NCBI GenBank assembly: GCA_003558335.1
Contig: PWMA01000154.1
Span: 1-43,753, forward strand
Direction: 5' to 3'
Source of the DNA: Candidatus Methanofastidiosia archaeon
Lineage (GTDB): Archaea; Methanobacteriota_B; Thermococci; Methanofastidiosales; Methanofastidiosaceae
DNA: 43,753 bases
The notes beneath the pieces were generated by a model. It saw only the letters and a program-made list of their open reading frames with translations. It searched no databases and was not told where the DNA came from. Both the position numbers and the translations under genes were made by a program. Shown in pieces: positions 9,736-19,455 of this stretch; within the stretch, counting starts at the first letter, position 1; each line of letters begins with the position of its first letter.

Positions 9736-9999
9736 ATGAAAATAGTTGAAAATGGAATTAAAAGGCACATAGATAAGCCCTACAAAGTTAGGATACTTGT
9801 CGAAAACCTAAACCTTGACACAATTAGTGCAGAAACAATTCCTGGATCAGTAGATGTAAAAACATACGATACAGATCTTGGAACTTATCTAGAACTTACT
9901 GGTGATGCAAGGGATGTTATGGAGTCTGAAACAAGAATAGTTGAAATGAATAATACTATTAAGGTAAAAGACATGAGAAAAGTATTTTCAGAGATTTAA
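9736..9999 (+). CDS. hypothetical 87-aa protein
   Basis: Strong SD-like GGTGAGGTG precedes the ATG, and a T5-A-T6 run follows the stop. No family was recognised. Confidence 0.5.
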   Translation: MKIVENGIKRHIDKPYKVRILVENLNLDTISAETIPGSVDVKTYDTDLGTYLELTGDARDVMESETRIVEMNNTIKVKDMRKVFSEI

Positions 10000-10011
10000 T
10001 TTTTATTTTTT
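10000..10011 (+). terminator. oligo-T tract (TTTTTATTTTTT) immediately after the 87-aa ORF
   Basis: Archaeal terminators are commonly oligo-T tracts. Read directly from the sequence. Confidence 0.3.
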
Positions 10012-10038
10012 AATACTTAAATAACCTTGAGGAGAACA

Positions 10039-11652
10039 ATGCTAAAAAAATATCCAAGCATAATAGTTTTATCAATACTTATATCAGCACTCATTATTCC
10101 AGCTGCTTATGGTAATACGAATACAAATTTTCTTGTAAATGTTGTTAGAGTAAATGGAACTCCAATTCAAGATGCATCAGTAACAATTACTCTACAAGAA
10201 GATACAAACTATCAAAGATCTGGAAGTTCCAATTCTAGAGGCGAAGTATTTTTTGAAAATATAAGAGAAGGAGTTTATAAAGTTAATATTTCAAAAAGCG
10301 GTTTTGCGTCTATAACTAAAGACGTTGATATTTCACAAATTGAGTCAGAAAAATTTTATCTTAGAAGCAGCGGATTTAAAATAATTTCAGGTCACGTTTA
10401 TAGGGATTTAAATAATGATAACAATATTGATTTCGGTGAACTTGGAATTTCTAATGCAACTGTCACTGCAACAGGAGTTACATCAAATCAATCTTTTTCT
10501 ACAGCTACAGATGAAAATGGACAATTTAGGATTGAAGTTCCCGATGGAGAAAATTACACAGTTAAAGCTTCTTATTCCACTTCAGAATATCAGTTACCAA
10601 CTTCAGTTGTTCCGACAGATACAATCGACTATTCTATAAACATACCTTTAGTAATAAAAGGGGATGTAATTGGAAAAGTTACAACTGAAGACGACGCGCC
10701 TTTATTTGGTGTCCTTGTTTTTCTCAAAGGAACAACGGTATCATACACATCAACAGATCTTGGTGGATTTTTTAGATTTTCCGTTAAACCAGGAGAGTAT
10801 TTTTTAGAAGTTGAATTTAGAGATTATGAAAAGTACACTTCAGAAACTTTTAAACTTGAAGAGGAAGAGCAAAAAGAATACACAATCGTTTTATCTAAGA
10901 GAAAAGGTATACTTACATATGAAATAAAGACAGAAGATGGCAAGACTTTATCTGAAGTTGATGCCGAAATAATACGCACTGGAACTGGAGACTTAGTTGA
11001 AAAAATTAATAAACCATCGGGAACAGTTTCCTTAATTCCAGGAGTTTATACATTAATAGCTGATGCTAGAGGATATGATCCTTCCGAAGTTATATTTGAA
11101 ATTACTGAAGATGGAATTTCAAAGTCAATTACTTTAGATCAAGCAGACGGCTCCATAAAAGTTTCTTTAAGAGATCCAAGGGGAAATCCCATAAGTGGTG
11201 TTTCCATTCTTGTTGATGGAGTCCAAAAAGGTACCTCTGATGATTCGGGGGTAATAGTAATATCTGATCTGCCTCCAAAACAATATGAAGTCACAGCATC
11301 TTCTACACTACACGGGAAAGTAACTCAGCTAGTTACTGTTGAAGGAGAAACTGAAAAAGAAATAAATTTAGTTTTAGAATCAAATATATTGACTCAGGCA
11401 TTGCCTTTCATAGTTATAGCTGGATTTATAGTGATTATATTTCTATTAAAGAAAAACTTAAAATATGGCGAACTCACAAAAAAACCACTTGGAAAACAAT
11501 CAACTCAAGATACACCGGTTCAAGACAATGTTTCAAATGCTGAAGAAAGCAAGGATTTCTCAGAACCAAAACCTATCAAAAAATCAAAACTTAAAACAAA
11601 GAAACCTTTAAGGGGATTACCAAAAAGACCTTCTAAGAATATGGAAGAATAA
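10039..11652 (+). CDS. cell-surface protein with repeated carboxypeptidase-regulatory-like (beta-sandwich) domains, signal peptide and C-terminal TM anchor
   Basis: N-terminal signal MLKKYPSIIVLSILISALIIPAAYG. Repeated modules of about 80-90 aa fit the pattern G.V.D..G.P..GV.V...G...T.D..G.F. C-terminal TM is ALPFIVIAGFIVIIFLL, followed by a Lys-rich tail. ATG 10039 follows GAGGAG, and the track's TTG at 10027 is less likely. Confidence 0.7.
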   Translation: MLKKYPSIIVLSILISALIIPAAYGNTNTNFLVNVVRVNGTPIQDASVTITLQEDTNYQRSGSSNSRGEVFFENIREGVYKVNISKSGFASITKDVDISQIESEKFYLRSSGFKIISGHVYRDLNNDNNIDFGELGISNATVTATGVTSNQSFSTATDENGQFRIEVPDGENYTVKASYSTSEYQLPTSVVPTDTIDYSINIPLVIKGDVIGKVTTEDDAPLFGVLVFLKGTTVSYTSTDLGGFFRFSVKPGEYFLEVEFRDYEKYTSETFKLEEEEQKEYTIVLSKRKGILTYEIKTEDGKTLSEVDAEIIRTGTGDLVEKINKPSGTVSLIPGVYTLIADARGYDPSEVIFEITEDGISKSITLDQADGSIKVSLRDPRGNPISGVSILVDGVQKGTSDDSGVIVISDLPPKQYEVTASSTLHGKVTQLVTVEGETEKEINLVLESNILTQALPFIVIAGFIVIIFLLKKNLKYGELTKKPLGKQSTQDTPVQDNVSNAEESKDFSEPKPIKKSKLKTKKPLRGLPKRPSKNMEE

Positions 11653-11659
11653 ATAATCC

Positions 11660-11678
11660 ATAAGCTTTTTTAGCTTAT
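11660..11678 (+). terminator. 7-bp hairpin ATAAGCT-TTTTT-AGCTTAT after the surface-protein gene
   Basis: Read directly. A further T-run lies at 11686-11690. This could equally be part of the next gene's promoter region. Confidence 0.25.
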
Positions 11679-11696
11679 ATTCCTATTTTTATTTAT

Positions 11697-13085
11697 ATGA
11701 AGAAAAAAGTTGTTATAATTGGGGCGGGACCTGCAGGCCTTTTTTATGCATATGAACTTTCTAAAAGTAATAAATTTGAAGTTATTGTTCTAGATAGGGG
11801 CAGGAATGTTGACAACAGAAAATGCCCTCTTGAAATTAGAGGATTTTGTGAGAACTGTACACCTTGTAATGTATTACATGGAACGGGGGGATCAGGTTGT
11901 CTTTCAGATGGAATACTAAATCTGAGGCCCGATATAGGTGGAGATCTAGAAGAACTAACTGGAGATACCAAAAAGGCCTTTAAGCTAGTAGAAAAAGTTG
12001 ACTCAATTTTTTTAAATCATGGAGCGCCTAAAAAAATACTTACTGGAGAACCAGAAATGATTGAAGATCTCCAAAGAAAGGCCGAAGCTGCAGGAATCAG
12101 ATTTATACAAATTCCCCAAAGGCATATAGGAAGTGATTATACTCCGGTAGTTATAAACTCAATTAAAAAATATCTTGAAACAAAAGATGTAAAATTTATT
12201 CTACTTGCTGACGTCAAAAAAATAGAAAAGAACCAAAATAACTATGTTACTTTCTATTCTAAGAAAAACGAATTATATAAAATTGAATCAGAGTTTTTGA
12301 TAGCAGCCCCAGGAAGGGCCGGCTCTCCCTTTTTAATGTCACAAATAAAAAAACTTGGTTTAGAAACAGAACATAAACCAGTGGATATTGGGGTAAGAGT
12401 TGAAGTACCAAAAGTTGTCATGAAACCTGTAATTGAAGTTAATAGGGATCCTAAGTTTCATATATATTCTAAAACGTATGATGATTTTGTAAGGACTTTC
12501 TGTACAAATCACGAGGGTTATGTCATGAAAGAACAATATGACGAATATGTGGGCGTAAACGGACATTCAATGAGGGACATCAAATCACAGAATAGTAACT
12601 TTGCATTTCTTTCAAAAGTTACACTGACCTCTCCAGTTGAAGATACAACATCATACGGAATATCTATTGCAAAAATTGCTACACTTCTTGGCGGTGGTAA
12701 ACCTCTCATACAGAGATTTGGAGATTTAAGAAGAGGTAGAAGATCTACTCCTGAAAGGATAAGACGTAGTAACATAAAACCAACACTTCTATCAACAACA
12801 CCCGGAGACATAGCTATGGCGTTGCCCTATAGACTTGTTACAAATTTGATTGAATCGCTTGAAAGACTTGACAATGTTCTCCCAGGGGTGGGAAGTGATT
12901 CAACACTTCTATATGCTCCGGAAATTAAATCCTATGGACTAAAAGTAATTGTAGATTCTTCAATGGAATCCAATTTGCCAAATCTTTTTGTTGCTGGGGA
13001 CGGAGTTGGACTATCAAGAGATATAGTCAATTCTGCAGCCACAGGAATTCTTGCTGCAGAAGGAATACTAAAGAAGGAGAGTTGA
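11697..13085 (+). CDS. FAD-dependent oxidoreductase (COG2509-like uncharacterised FAD-dependent dehydrogenase)
   Basis: Dinucleotide-binding N-terminus VVIIGAGPAGLFYAYEL and C-terminal FVAGDGVGLSRDIVNSAATG. Confidence 0.75.
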   Translation: MKKKVVIIGAGPAGLFYAYELSKSNKFEVIVLDRGRNVDNRKCPLEIRGFCENCTPCNVLHGTGGSGCLSDGILNLRPDIGGDLEELTGDTKKAFKLVEKVDSIFLNHGAPKKILTGEPEMIEDLQRKAEAAGIRFIQIPQRHIGSDYTPVVINSIKKYLETKDVKFILLADVKKIEKNQNNYVTFYSKKNELYKIESEFLIAAPGRAGSPFLMSQIKKLGLETEHKPVDIGVRVEVPKVVMKPVIEVNRDPKFHIYSKTYDDFVRTFCTNHEGYVMKEQYDEYVGVNGHSMRDIKSQNSNFAFLSKVTLTSPVEDTTSYGISIAKIATLLGGGKPLIQRFGDLRRGRRSTPERIRRSNIKPTLLSTTPGDIAMALPYRLVTNLIESLERLDNVLPGVGSDSTLLYAPEIKSYGLKVIVDSSMESNLPNLFVAGDGVGLSRDIVNSAATGILAAEGILKKES

Positions 13086-13894
13086 TTTTGAAAGATATCC
13101 AGTACTTATTCATAGATATAGATGGCGTGCTTTACAAAGGACGTTATCCTATCAAGGGGGCCAAAGAATTTATTGATTATTTAATTGAAGAAGATATAAA
13201 ATTCATTTGTGTTACTAATAACTCTTCCAAAACAGCTGAAAACTATTCTAAAAAATTGAAGAGTATGGATATGAAAATAGAAAAAAATCAAATAATAAAT
13301 TCAGGTGTCGCTACAGTAGAATATATTAAAGATAAATACCTAGCAAGAAATGAAAACTTAAGCGCTTATGTAGTGGGAGGAGAAGGACTTATAGAAATTG
13401 TTAAAAATTCTGGAATAAAAATTCAAGACAAAAATCCAGATATAGTAGTAGTTGGGTGGGATGTAAATTATACTTATGAAAAAATGAAAAAAGCATCGCT
13501 AGCTATTAGAAAAGGCGCTATATACATAGGCACAAATCCAGATATAACTTATCCTTCCGATGAAGGTATACTTCCAGGATGCGGTTCAATTTTGGCATCA
13601 ATAACAACGGCCAGCGAAGTTGAACCTATTATAATAGGAAAGCCAAAACCTTTGATAATGGAAATGGCAGCCAAAAGGATTTCAGCAAATAAAAAGAAGA
13701 GCCTGATGATTGGAGATAGAATCGATACTGATATTCTCGCTGGAAAAAATTTTGGAATTCAAACTGCGCTTGTATTAAGTGGAGTATATAATAATTCTGA
13801 ACTATTGGACTCTTCTATAAAACCAGATTATGTTTTTGAAGATATAATGGAGCTATATGTTAATTTGAAAGAATATAGAAAGGTGCACAAATGA
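13082..13894 (+). CDS. HAD-IIA family hydrolase (NagD-like sugar/nucleotide phosphatase)
   Basis: FIDIDGVLYKG (DxDG motif), VTNNS and GDRIDTDILAG motifs. It overlaps the neighbours on both sides by 4 nt. Confidence 0.8.
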   Translation: MILKDIQYLFIDIDGVLYKGRYPIKGAKEFIDYLIEEDIKFICVTNNSSKTAENYSKKLKSMDMKIEKNQIINSGVATVEYIKDKYLARNENLSAYVVGGEGLIEIVKNSGIKIQDKNPDIVVVGWDVNYTYEKMKKASLAIRKGAIYIGTNPDITYPSDEGILPGCGSILASITTASEVEPIIIGKPKPLIMEMAAKRISANKKKSLMIGDRIDTDILAGKNFGIQTALVLSGVYNNSELLDSSIKPDYVFEDIMELYVNLKEYRKVHK

Positions 13895-14382
13895 AAAATA
13901 ATAAGTTATTAGTTTTTTCATTGATAATAATTTTTTTAACACCCCTTTGTATTAATAACTCTCTTGAAAATTGGAATACAAACATAAAAGCCGCAAATAC
14001 AAGACTAGATAGAGGAATAGAATACTACAATCTTGCTTCTTCTGCTTATTCCATTCAAGATATGGAAAATATTACAATTTATGCCGATAAATCAATAGTA
14101 GAATTATCAATAGCTTTAAACTTTATAGAAAATGCAATTAACGATGCACATGAATCCCAAAAAGATTGGCTAGTACTTTATACAAGTTACTACTTTAAAA
14201 AAGTTCAAGCACTTAAGAATGCGGCAAATGAAATGAATAAATTAAAACAATATTATCAAAACGGACAAGAAGATGAACTCTTCATTTCATTAGAAACTAT
14301 AAAAAAATATGAAGGTGAATTTAAAATCTATGATACAAAAATGGAAGATATAAAAAGGGAAAACATCTCAGAATTTCAATAG
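13891..14382 (+). CDS. hypothetical secreted or lipid-anchored helical protein
   Basis: N-terminal hydrophobic segment ending LTPLC (lipobox-like). The rest is predicted helical. ATGA start/stop coupling to the HAD gene. Confidence 0.5.
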   Translation: MKNNKLLVFSLIIIFLTPLCINNSLENWNTNIKAANTRLDRGIEYYNLASSAYSIQDMENITIYADKSIVELSIALNFIENAINDAHESQKDWLVLYTSYYFKKVQALKNAANEMNKLKQYYQNGQEDELFISLETIKKYEGEFKIYDTKMEDIKRENISEFQ

Positions 14383-14384
14383 GC

Positions 14385-14930
14385 TTATCTTTTCTTTTGA
14401 ATAATTTTTTCAGGATAAGTAAAATAAGGCCCTCCAAGATGATTTATATACTTTACTTTTTCTATATTTATACAATCATTGTAGAACTCTTCTTCAATTT
14501 CTGAATGTACAATCTCACCAACAAATAAGTAATGATCTCCACATAAAAAAGAATCAGTTAATTTGCATTCAAGAAAAGCAAAACATTCTTTTATAGAAGG
14601 TGAGGAAATTTCTTTACCTTTAACTTCTGTGAGGCCGTACTCTTTAAATTTATCATTATTTTTACCACTTTCAGAACCACAAAGAATGGTTTTATCTAAA
14701 AGTTCAAAAGACGGAATATTTACCGTGAACTCTTTAGAGCCATTTATCAATTCGTGAGACAATTTTTTCGTTGAAAGTGCTATTGATATAAGTGGTGGAG
14801 AGTGAGAAACTGGACTCGACCATGCTATTGTAACGATGTTAGATTTTTCTTGATACTTAGAAGTAACTAGGACTAGAGGTCCGGGATTTAATAACCTTAG
14901 TCCTTTTAGGTTTTCTATTTTAGTTTTCAT
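14385..14930 (-). CDS. flavin reductase-like FMN-binding protein
   Basis: LLNPGPLVLVTSKYQEKSNIVTIAWSSPVSHSPPLISIAL is typical of the split-barrel flavin reductase family. Confidence 0.7.
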   Translation of the reverse strand: MKTKIENLKGLRLLNPGPLVLVTSKYQEKSNIVTIAWSSPVSHSPPLISIALSTKKLSHELINGSKEFTVNIPSFELLDKTILCGSESGKNNDKFKEYGLTEVKGKEISSPSIKECFAFLECKLTDSFLCGDHYLFVGEIVHSEIEEEFYNDCINIEKVKYINHLGGPYFTYPEKIIQKKR

Positions 14931-15412
14931 TCTATCTTATATCCTATTTTTTCTAATAAATCTCTTCTTTCTTTTTTTTCATGTTTATCTTCAATCTTTT
15001 CTGCAGAAGTTCCATCAACAATTCCTATTATAGAATTTCCTAGATTAGTTTTTGCTACAATTACTTGGAAAGGATTTTCACTAGCCCCATATATCCTACA
15101 TACAGAAGGATGATTTTTTATACTATTCAAAACATTGATTGGAAAAGCACCACGCATCATTATAACAAATAAATGCCCTGCTCCAATATCCAATGCTGCA
15201 TTAGCAGCAAGATCTTTTAGATGTTGATCATTTCCTGCAACTCTTGTTATTTTTGGCTTTGATTCATTCATAGCAACGCCAATTTTAATTCCTGCAACAC
15301 AAGTTAGAAGAGTCTTAGCAAGATCATCAACAGTATATATAGAAAAGTTTCCTTGGCCAACTATGAACTCCACGCCCTCATCTTTTTTTATATCAATAAT
15401 ATTCATTTCCAT
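14927..15412 (-). CDS. adenosine-specific kinase family protein (PAE2307-like)
   Basis: GAGHLFVIMMRGAFPINVLNSIK...RIYGASENPFQVIVA matches the recalled family pattern. Length is about 160 aa. Confidence 0.65.
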   Translation of the reverse strand: MEMNIIDIKKDEGVEFIVGQGNFSIYTVDDLAKTLLTCVAGIKIGVAMNESKPKITRVAGNDQHLKDLAANAALDIGAGHLFVIMMRGAFPINVLNSIKNHPSVCRIYGASENPFQVIVAKTNLGNSIIGIVDGTSAEKIEDKHEKKERRDLLEKIGYKIE

Positions 15413-15443
15413 AATATACCTCTTTTAAATTTTATATGGACTA

Positions 15444-16097
15444 CTACTCTATACATCTATTAAGAGCTTCAAATGCAAGTACCATATCTTTCTCATTAAC
15501 TACAAATATAGTGTCCATAAAACAACTCATAGTTTCAATAACATTTATACCCACAGAAGAAAGATTTGAAGATAGATATGAAACTACTCCTGGAGTATTT
15601 CCAATGTCTTCTGGACTCTTAACAGATATTTCAACTAAATTTTTAGATACTCTTAATATATTTTCTTTTCCTATAACTCCTGTAACATCGTCAAGATAAT
15701 CTTCAAGTAAGATTAATGTTATTCCTTGAGAGCCCTGTATAATGTTGATTAAATATCCTTCAGAAAGAGTTTTTTTCAAAATTGGTTCAAGTTTTAGAAA
15801 AACATGCCAGCTAGGCTTTAACGTTACAGTTGCAACTTTAGTTTTTATATTTATTCTGCTTTTTTTTAAAATTAATTTTATTTTTTTCTCGAGAAAATTT
15901 TTTTCTTTTTGTAATTCTTCAGCATATCTCCTTGAGGCGATGAGTACTGCAACCATATTGTCTATTTTGTATTCATCCATTATCATTCTTGAGAGTGCGG
16001 AATAATTTATTATTCCATATCTAAGACAATCCATTATAGAAGGATGTGCACCTATATATTCTCTAACTATTTCGGCTATACTTTTTTTGTCTGACAC
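15444..16097 (-). CDS. predicted regulator with C-terminal ACT-like domain (COG2150-like)
   Basis: N-terminal helical/HTH-like region (IAEIVREYIGAHPSIMDCLRYGIINYSALSRMI) and a C-terminal ACT-like segment (GVVSYLSSNLSSVGINVIETMSCFMDTIFVV). Confidence 0.5.
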   Translation of the reverse strand: MSDKKSIAEIVREYIGAHPSIMDCLRYGIINYSALSRMIMDEYKIDNMVAVLIASRRYAEELQKEKNFLEKKIKLILKKSRINIKTKVATVTLKPSWHVFLKLEPILKKTLSEGYLINIIQGSQGITLILLEDYLDDVTGVIGKENILRVSKNLVEISVKSPEDIGNTPGVVSYLSSNLSSVGINVIETMSCFMDTIFVVNEKDMVLAFEALNRCIE

Positions 16098-16175
16098 AGT
16101 TATTATATGTACGATGCCATATTTAAATGTTCTGAATCTATTTAATGTTGATCAATTATACCAAAATCCTTAAAG

Positions 16176-16185
16176 GTATATATAT
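16176..16185 (+). promoter_or_regulatory. candidate TATA box for the pop5-psmA superoperon
   Basis: GTATATATAT lies about 25-30 nt upstream of ATG 16208. Confidence 0.3.
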
Positions 16186-16207
16186 TCTAACTAATTTAGA
16201 TATTTAA

Positions 16208-16552
16208 ATGTCCATTAAAAATCCGAAGACTCTCAGAGAAAAAACTAGATACATAGGTTTTATAGTAGAAGGAGGGAAAGACTTTAAAAGAGAGGACCTA
16301 GTTAAGGCTATCTGGAATTCAACCATTGATTTTTTAGGAGAATTTGGAGCTTCTGAAATAGGTCTTTGGGTTAAAGAGTATGATGAAAGCAGTAGATATG
16401 GCATAATAGAAAGTAATATAAAATCAGTATACAAAGCCATATTTATACTATCACTTACTAAATCTATAGGTAAAGAAAAAGTTAACGTATTACCTTTTTG
16501 TGTTTCAGGCACTATAAAGGGATTAAAAAAAATTAAATCTAATGTTAATTAG
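16208..16552 (+). CDS. rnp2: RNase P protein component 2 (Pop5/Rpp14)
   Basis: LREKTRYIGFIVEG...WVKEYDESSRYGII fits Pop5. It holds the canonical position directly upstream of psmA. Confidence 0.8.
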   Translation: MSIKNPKTLREKTRYIGFIVEGGKDFKREDLVKAIWNSTIDFLGEFGASEIGLWVKEYDESSRYGIIESNIKSVYKAIFILSLTKSIGKEKVNVLPFCVSGTIKGLKKIKSNVN

Positions 16553-16570
16553 TTTATGGAGGTTATATAA

Positions 16571-17320
16571 ATGGCATTCGTTCCACCAGCATCTGGTTAT
16601 GATAGGGCAATTACCGTTTTCAGTCCAGATGGAAGTTTGTATCAAGTTCAATATGCCGGCGAGGCAGTAAGAAGAGGTGCCACCGCTATAGGGATTAAAT
16701 GTAATGAAGGCGTTGTCCTTTGTGTTGATAAGAGAATCCCTTCTAGGCTTGTTGAACCGGAGTCCTTTGAGAAGATATTTCAAATAGATGATCATCTTGC
16801 AGCAGCTACTTCAGGGATAATAGCAGATGCAAGAGTTCTTGTAGATAGGGCGAGAATTGAAGCTCAGATTCATACCCTGAGTTACGATGAAAAAATGTCT
16901 GTAATGATGTTAGCAAAGAAAGTTGGAGATTTAAAACAAATGCACACACAGTATGGCGGATTAAGGCCATTTGGTGCTTCTTTGATTATTGCAGGTATAA
17001 ATTCACAAGGGCCTCAGATTTTTGTAACTGAGCCTTCAGGAGCTTATCTTGAATGGAAGGCTACAGCCATAGGGGCAGGAAGATCAGTAGCAATGGATAT
17101 ATTTGAAAAAGAATATTCTCCCGAAATATCAATTGAAGATGCTATACTTCTTTCTTTAAGAGCACTAAAAAAATCAATAGAAGGGGATTTAAACAAGAGT
17201 AATGTAGAGATGGCCGTAATAAGTATGGAAGATAAACTCTTCAAAAAGATGAATGAAGAAAAATTAAATTTCTACATAGAAAAAGTTAAAGATATTAATG
17301 AAGATGAAGATAAGGAGTAG
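16571..17320 (+). CDS. psmA: proteasome alpha subunit
   Basis: [25 protein letters not shown] is the alpha-subunit signature. GGAGG lies 8 nt upstream. Confidence 0.95.
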   Translation: MAFVPPASGYDRAITVFSPDGSLYQVQYAGEAVRRGATAIGIKCNEGVVLCVDKRIPSRLVEPESFEKIFQIDDHLAAATSGIIADARVLVDRARIEAQIHTLSYDEKMSVMMLAKKVGDLKQMHTQYGGLRPFGASLIIAGINSQGPQIFVTEPSGAYLEWKATAIGAGRSVAMDIFEKEYSPEISIEDAILLSLRALKKSIEGDLNKSNVEMAVISMEDKLFKKMNEEKLNFYIEKVKDINEDEDKE

Positions 17321-17325
17321 ATTAT

Positions 17326-18012
17326 TTGATATCTCTAGATGATGCAGTTACTGCAAAACTCAAGTATCAAGGGGAAAATTTTGAGATTTTAGTAGATCCT
17401 AAAAAGGCTCAAGATTTTAAAGAAGGGGGTGAAGTAGAAGATTTCCTTGCAGCAAATTTTATTTTTAAAGATGCAAATAAAGGAGATAAAGCATCACCTG
17501 AAACTCTTAAAAAAGTATTTGGTACTGAAAGCGTCAATGAGATTTCAAAAATTATTTTAAAAAAAGGAGATATACATCTAACTACAGAACAAAGAAGAGC
17601 AATGATGGAGAATAAGAAAGCTCAGGTAGTTTCTTATATCTCTCAACATTCTATAAATCCTTAAACAGGACATCCTCATCCTCCACAAAGAATAGAAAGT
17701 GCCTTAGATGAAGCTAGGGTCACTATAGATATGTACAAGAGAACTGAGGATCAGATTAAACAGATAATCCATGCACTTGCTCCCATACTGCCTATTAAAA
17801 TTGAAAATAGAAGGATTGGAGTAAAAGTACCTGCTGAACATGCACCAAAAACTATGGGATTTATAAAAGATCTTGGAACAATTATTAAAGAAGAGTGGGG
17901 ACGCGATGGCTCTTGGATGTTTGTAATTGAAATACCTGCAGGACTACAGGATGATCTTTTCAACAAATTGAACAATGCTACAAAAGGAAATGTTGAAACA
18001 AAAATAATGTAA
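17326..18012 (+). pseudogene. SBDS-family ribosome maturation protein, interrupted by one in-frame TAA (17662-17664)
   Basis: Track ORFs 17326-17664 and 17731-18012 share a frame (offset 405 nt). Translation across the stop reads ...SQHSINP*TGHPHPPQRIESALDEARVTIDMYKR..., a continuous SBDS sequence. Confidence 0.7.
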
Positions 18013-18030
18013 TGAAATGGAGAGGTAACA

Positions 18031-18711
18031 TTGGAATTTTTAGTAAAGGATAGATCTATTGTCACTCCAGGAATGGCAATTGCAAAGGGACCTTTTAAGT
18101 ATGAGTATGGCGTAGATAAATTTGAAGATACAATAATATCTTCTGTTTTGGGGATAGTCTATATTGAGAACAATAGTGTCAGAGTGGTACCTCTAGAGGG
18201 CAAATATATGCCAAAAAGAGGCGATGATGTAATAGGTACCGTTGTGGGAATAAATCCTCTGAGTTGGGATTTAGACATAAATGCCCCCTATCTTGCTAAT
18301 CTTCATGTTCAAGATGCCTTGAGATATGTCAAGGATACTTCAAATCTTGATAGGATATTTAAGGTTGGCGAGGTAATATATGCAAATATTAAAGATGTCG
18401 GAGAATCTTCAGACATTGCTTTACAGTCAAAAGAAAGACCTTATGGAAAACTAAAATGGGGTAGAATTGTAAAGATTAATGCTACAAGAGTACCTCGTGT
18501 AATAGGAAAAAAAGGATCTATGATAAAGTTACTCAAACAAATGTCAAAATGTGAGATTATGGTTGGGCAGAATGGCAATATATGGATAAAAGGTGAGAGA
18601 CAAATGGAAGGCATTGTTGAGAAAGCCATCAATAAAATAGACAACGAAGCCCATATACCTGGACTTACAGACAGAATCAAAAAAATGCTTGAAATTGAAT
18701 TATCAAAATAA
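18031..18711 (+). CDS. rrp4: exosome complex RNA-binding protein Rrp4 (S1 + KH)
   Basis: TTG start preceded by GGAGAGG. An S1 domain is followed by a KH motif, VIGKKGSMIK. Confidence 0.9.
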   Translation: MEFLVKDRSIVTPGMAIAKGPFKYEYGVDKFEDTIISSVLGIVYIENNSVRVVPLEGKYMPKRGDDVIGTVVGINPLSWDLDINAPYLANLHVQDALRYVKDTSNLDRIFKVGEVIYANIKDVGESSDIALQSKERPYGKLKWGRIVKINATRVPRVIGKKGSMIKLLKQMSKCEIMVGQNGNIWIKGERQMEGIVEKAINKIDNEAHIPGLTDRIKKMLEIELSK

Positions 18712-18726
18712 TATTAGGTGTTATAC

Positions 18727-19455
18727 ATGGATAAAGACATAAAATTCTTTGAAAATGGAAAGAGAATTGATGGAAGAGATGTAGATGAATTGAGAAATAT
18801 AAATATAGAAGTCGGAGTTTTTAAAAGAGCCGACGGCTCTTCCTATATAGAGTGGGGTGGAAATAAAATTTATTGTGCTGTTTATGGCCCAAGGGAGGCT
18901 TACCCCAGATTTCTTCAAAAATCAGATAGGGCTATATTAAAGTGTAGATATAATATGGCCTCTTTTGCGGTAGAAGATAGAAAAAGACCTGGGCCCAGTA
19001 GAAGAGGCGTGGAGATAGGAAAAGTTACTCAAGGAGCATTAGAGCCAGCATTACTCTTGGAAAACTTCCCAAAGTGTATGGTTGAAGTAAATATTGAAGT
19101 TGTACAAGCAGATGCCGGAACAAGATGTGCAGGAATCGCAGCAGCATCTGTAGCACTTGCCAATGCAGGGATCCCCATGAAAGAGTTAGTGCCATCTTGT
19201 GCAGCTGGAAAGGTAGATGATAGAATTGTTTTAGATTTATCTAAAGAAGAAGATAATTATGGACAGGCTGATTTACCATTAGCATTTCTCCCAAGAAAAA
19301 ATGAATTCAGTCTTTTACAAATGGACGGTGACCTTTCTGAAGAGCAACTTGAAGAGGCTTTGGAATTAGGTAAGAAAGGATGCCTTGAAGTATATGAAAT
19401 TCAAAAGGAAGCTTTAAAGAAGAAATATGTGAGGGAGGATGATTCAAATGAGTAG
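18727..19455 (+). CDS. rrp41: exosome complex exonuclease Rrp41 (RNase PH domain)
   Basis: [13 protein letters not shown]...[12 protein letters not shown] and the phosphate site QADAGTR. ATG 18727 lies 6 nt after AGGTG, and the track's GTG at 18718 is an alternative. Confidence 0.9.
   Translation: MDKDIKFFENGKRIDGRDVDELRNINIEVGVFKRADGSSYIEWGGNKIYCAVYGPREAYPRFLQKSDRAILKCRYNMASFAVEDRKRPGPSRRGVEIGKVTQGALEPALLLENFPKCMVEVNIEVVQADAGTRCAGIAAASVALANAGIPMKELVPSCAAGKVDDRIVLDLSKEEDNYGQADLPLAFLPRKNEFSLLQMDGDLSEEQLEEALELGKKGCLEVYEIQKEALKKKYVREDDSNE

Noticed and set aside
17662-17664. Genome-wide reassignment of TAA to a sense codon, as an explanation for the SBDS stop
   Set aside because: Many genes here (DUF211, hypA, rrp4, mmp6, mmp15, rpoP and others) end at TAA exactly where their families normally end, followed by the next gene's RBS. 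TAA is therefore clearly the main stop codon.
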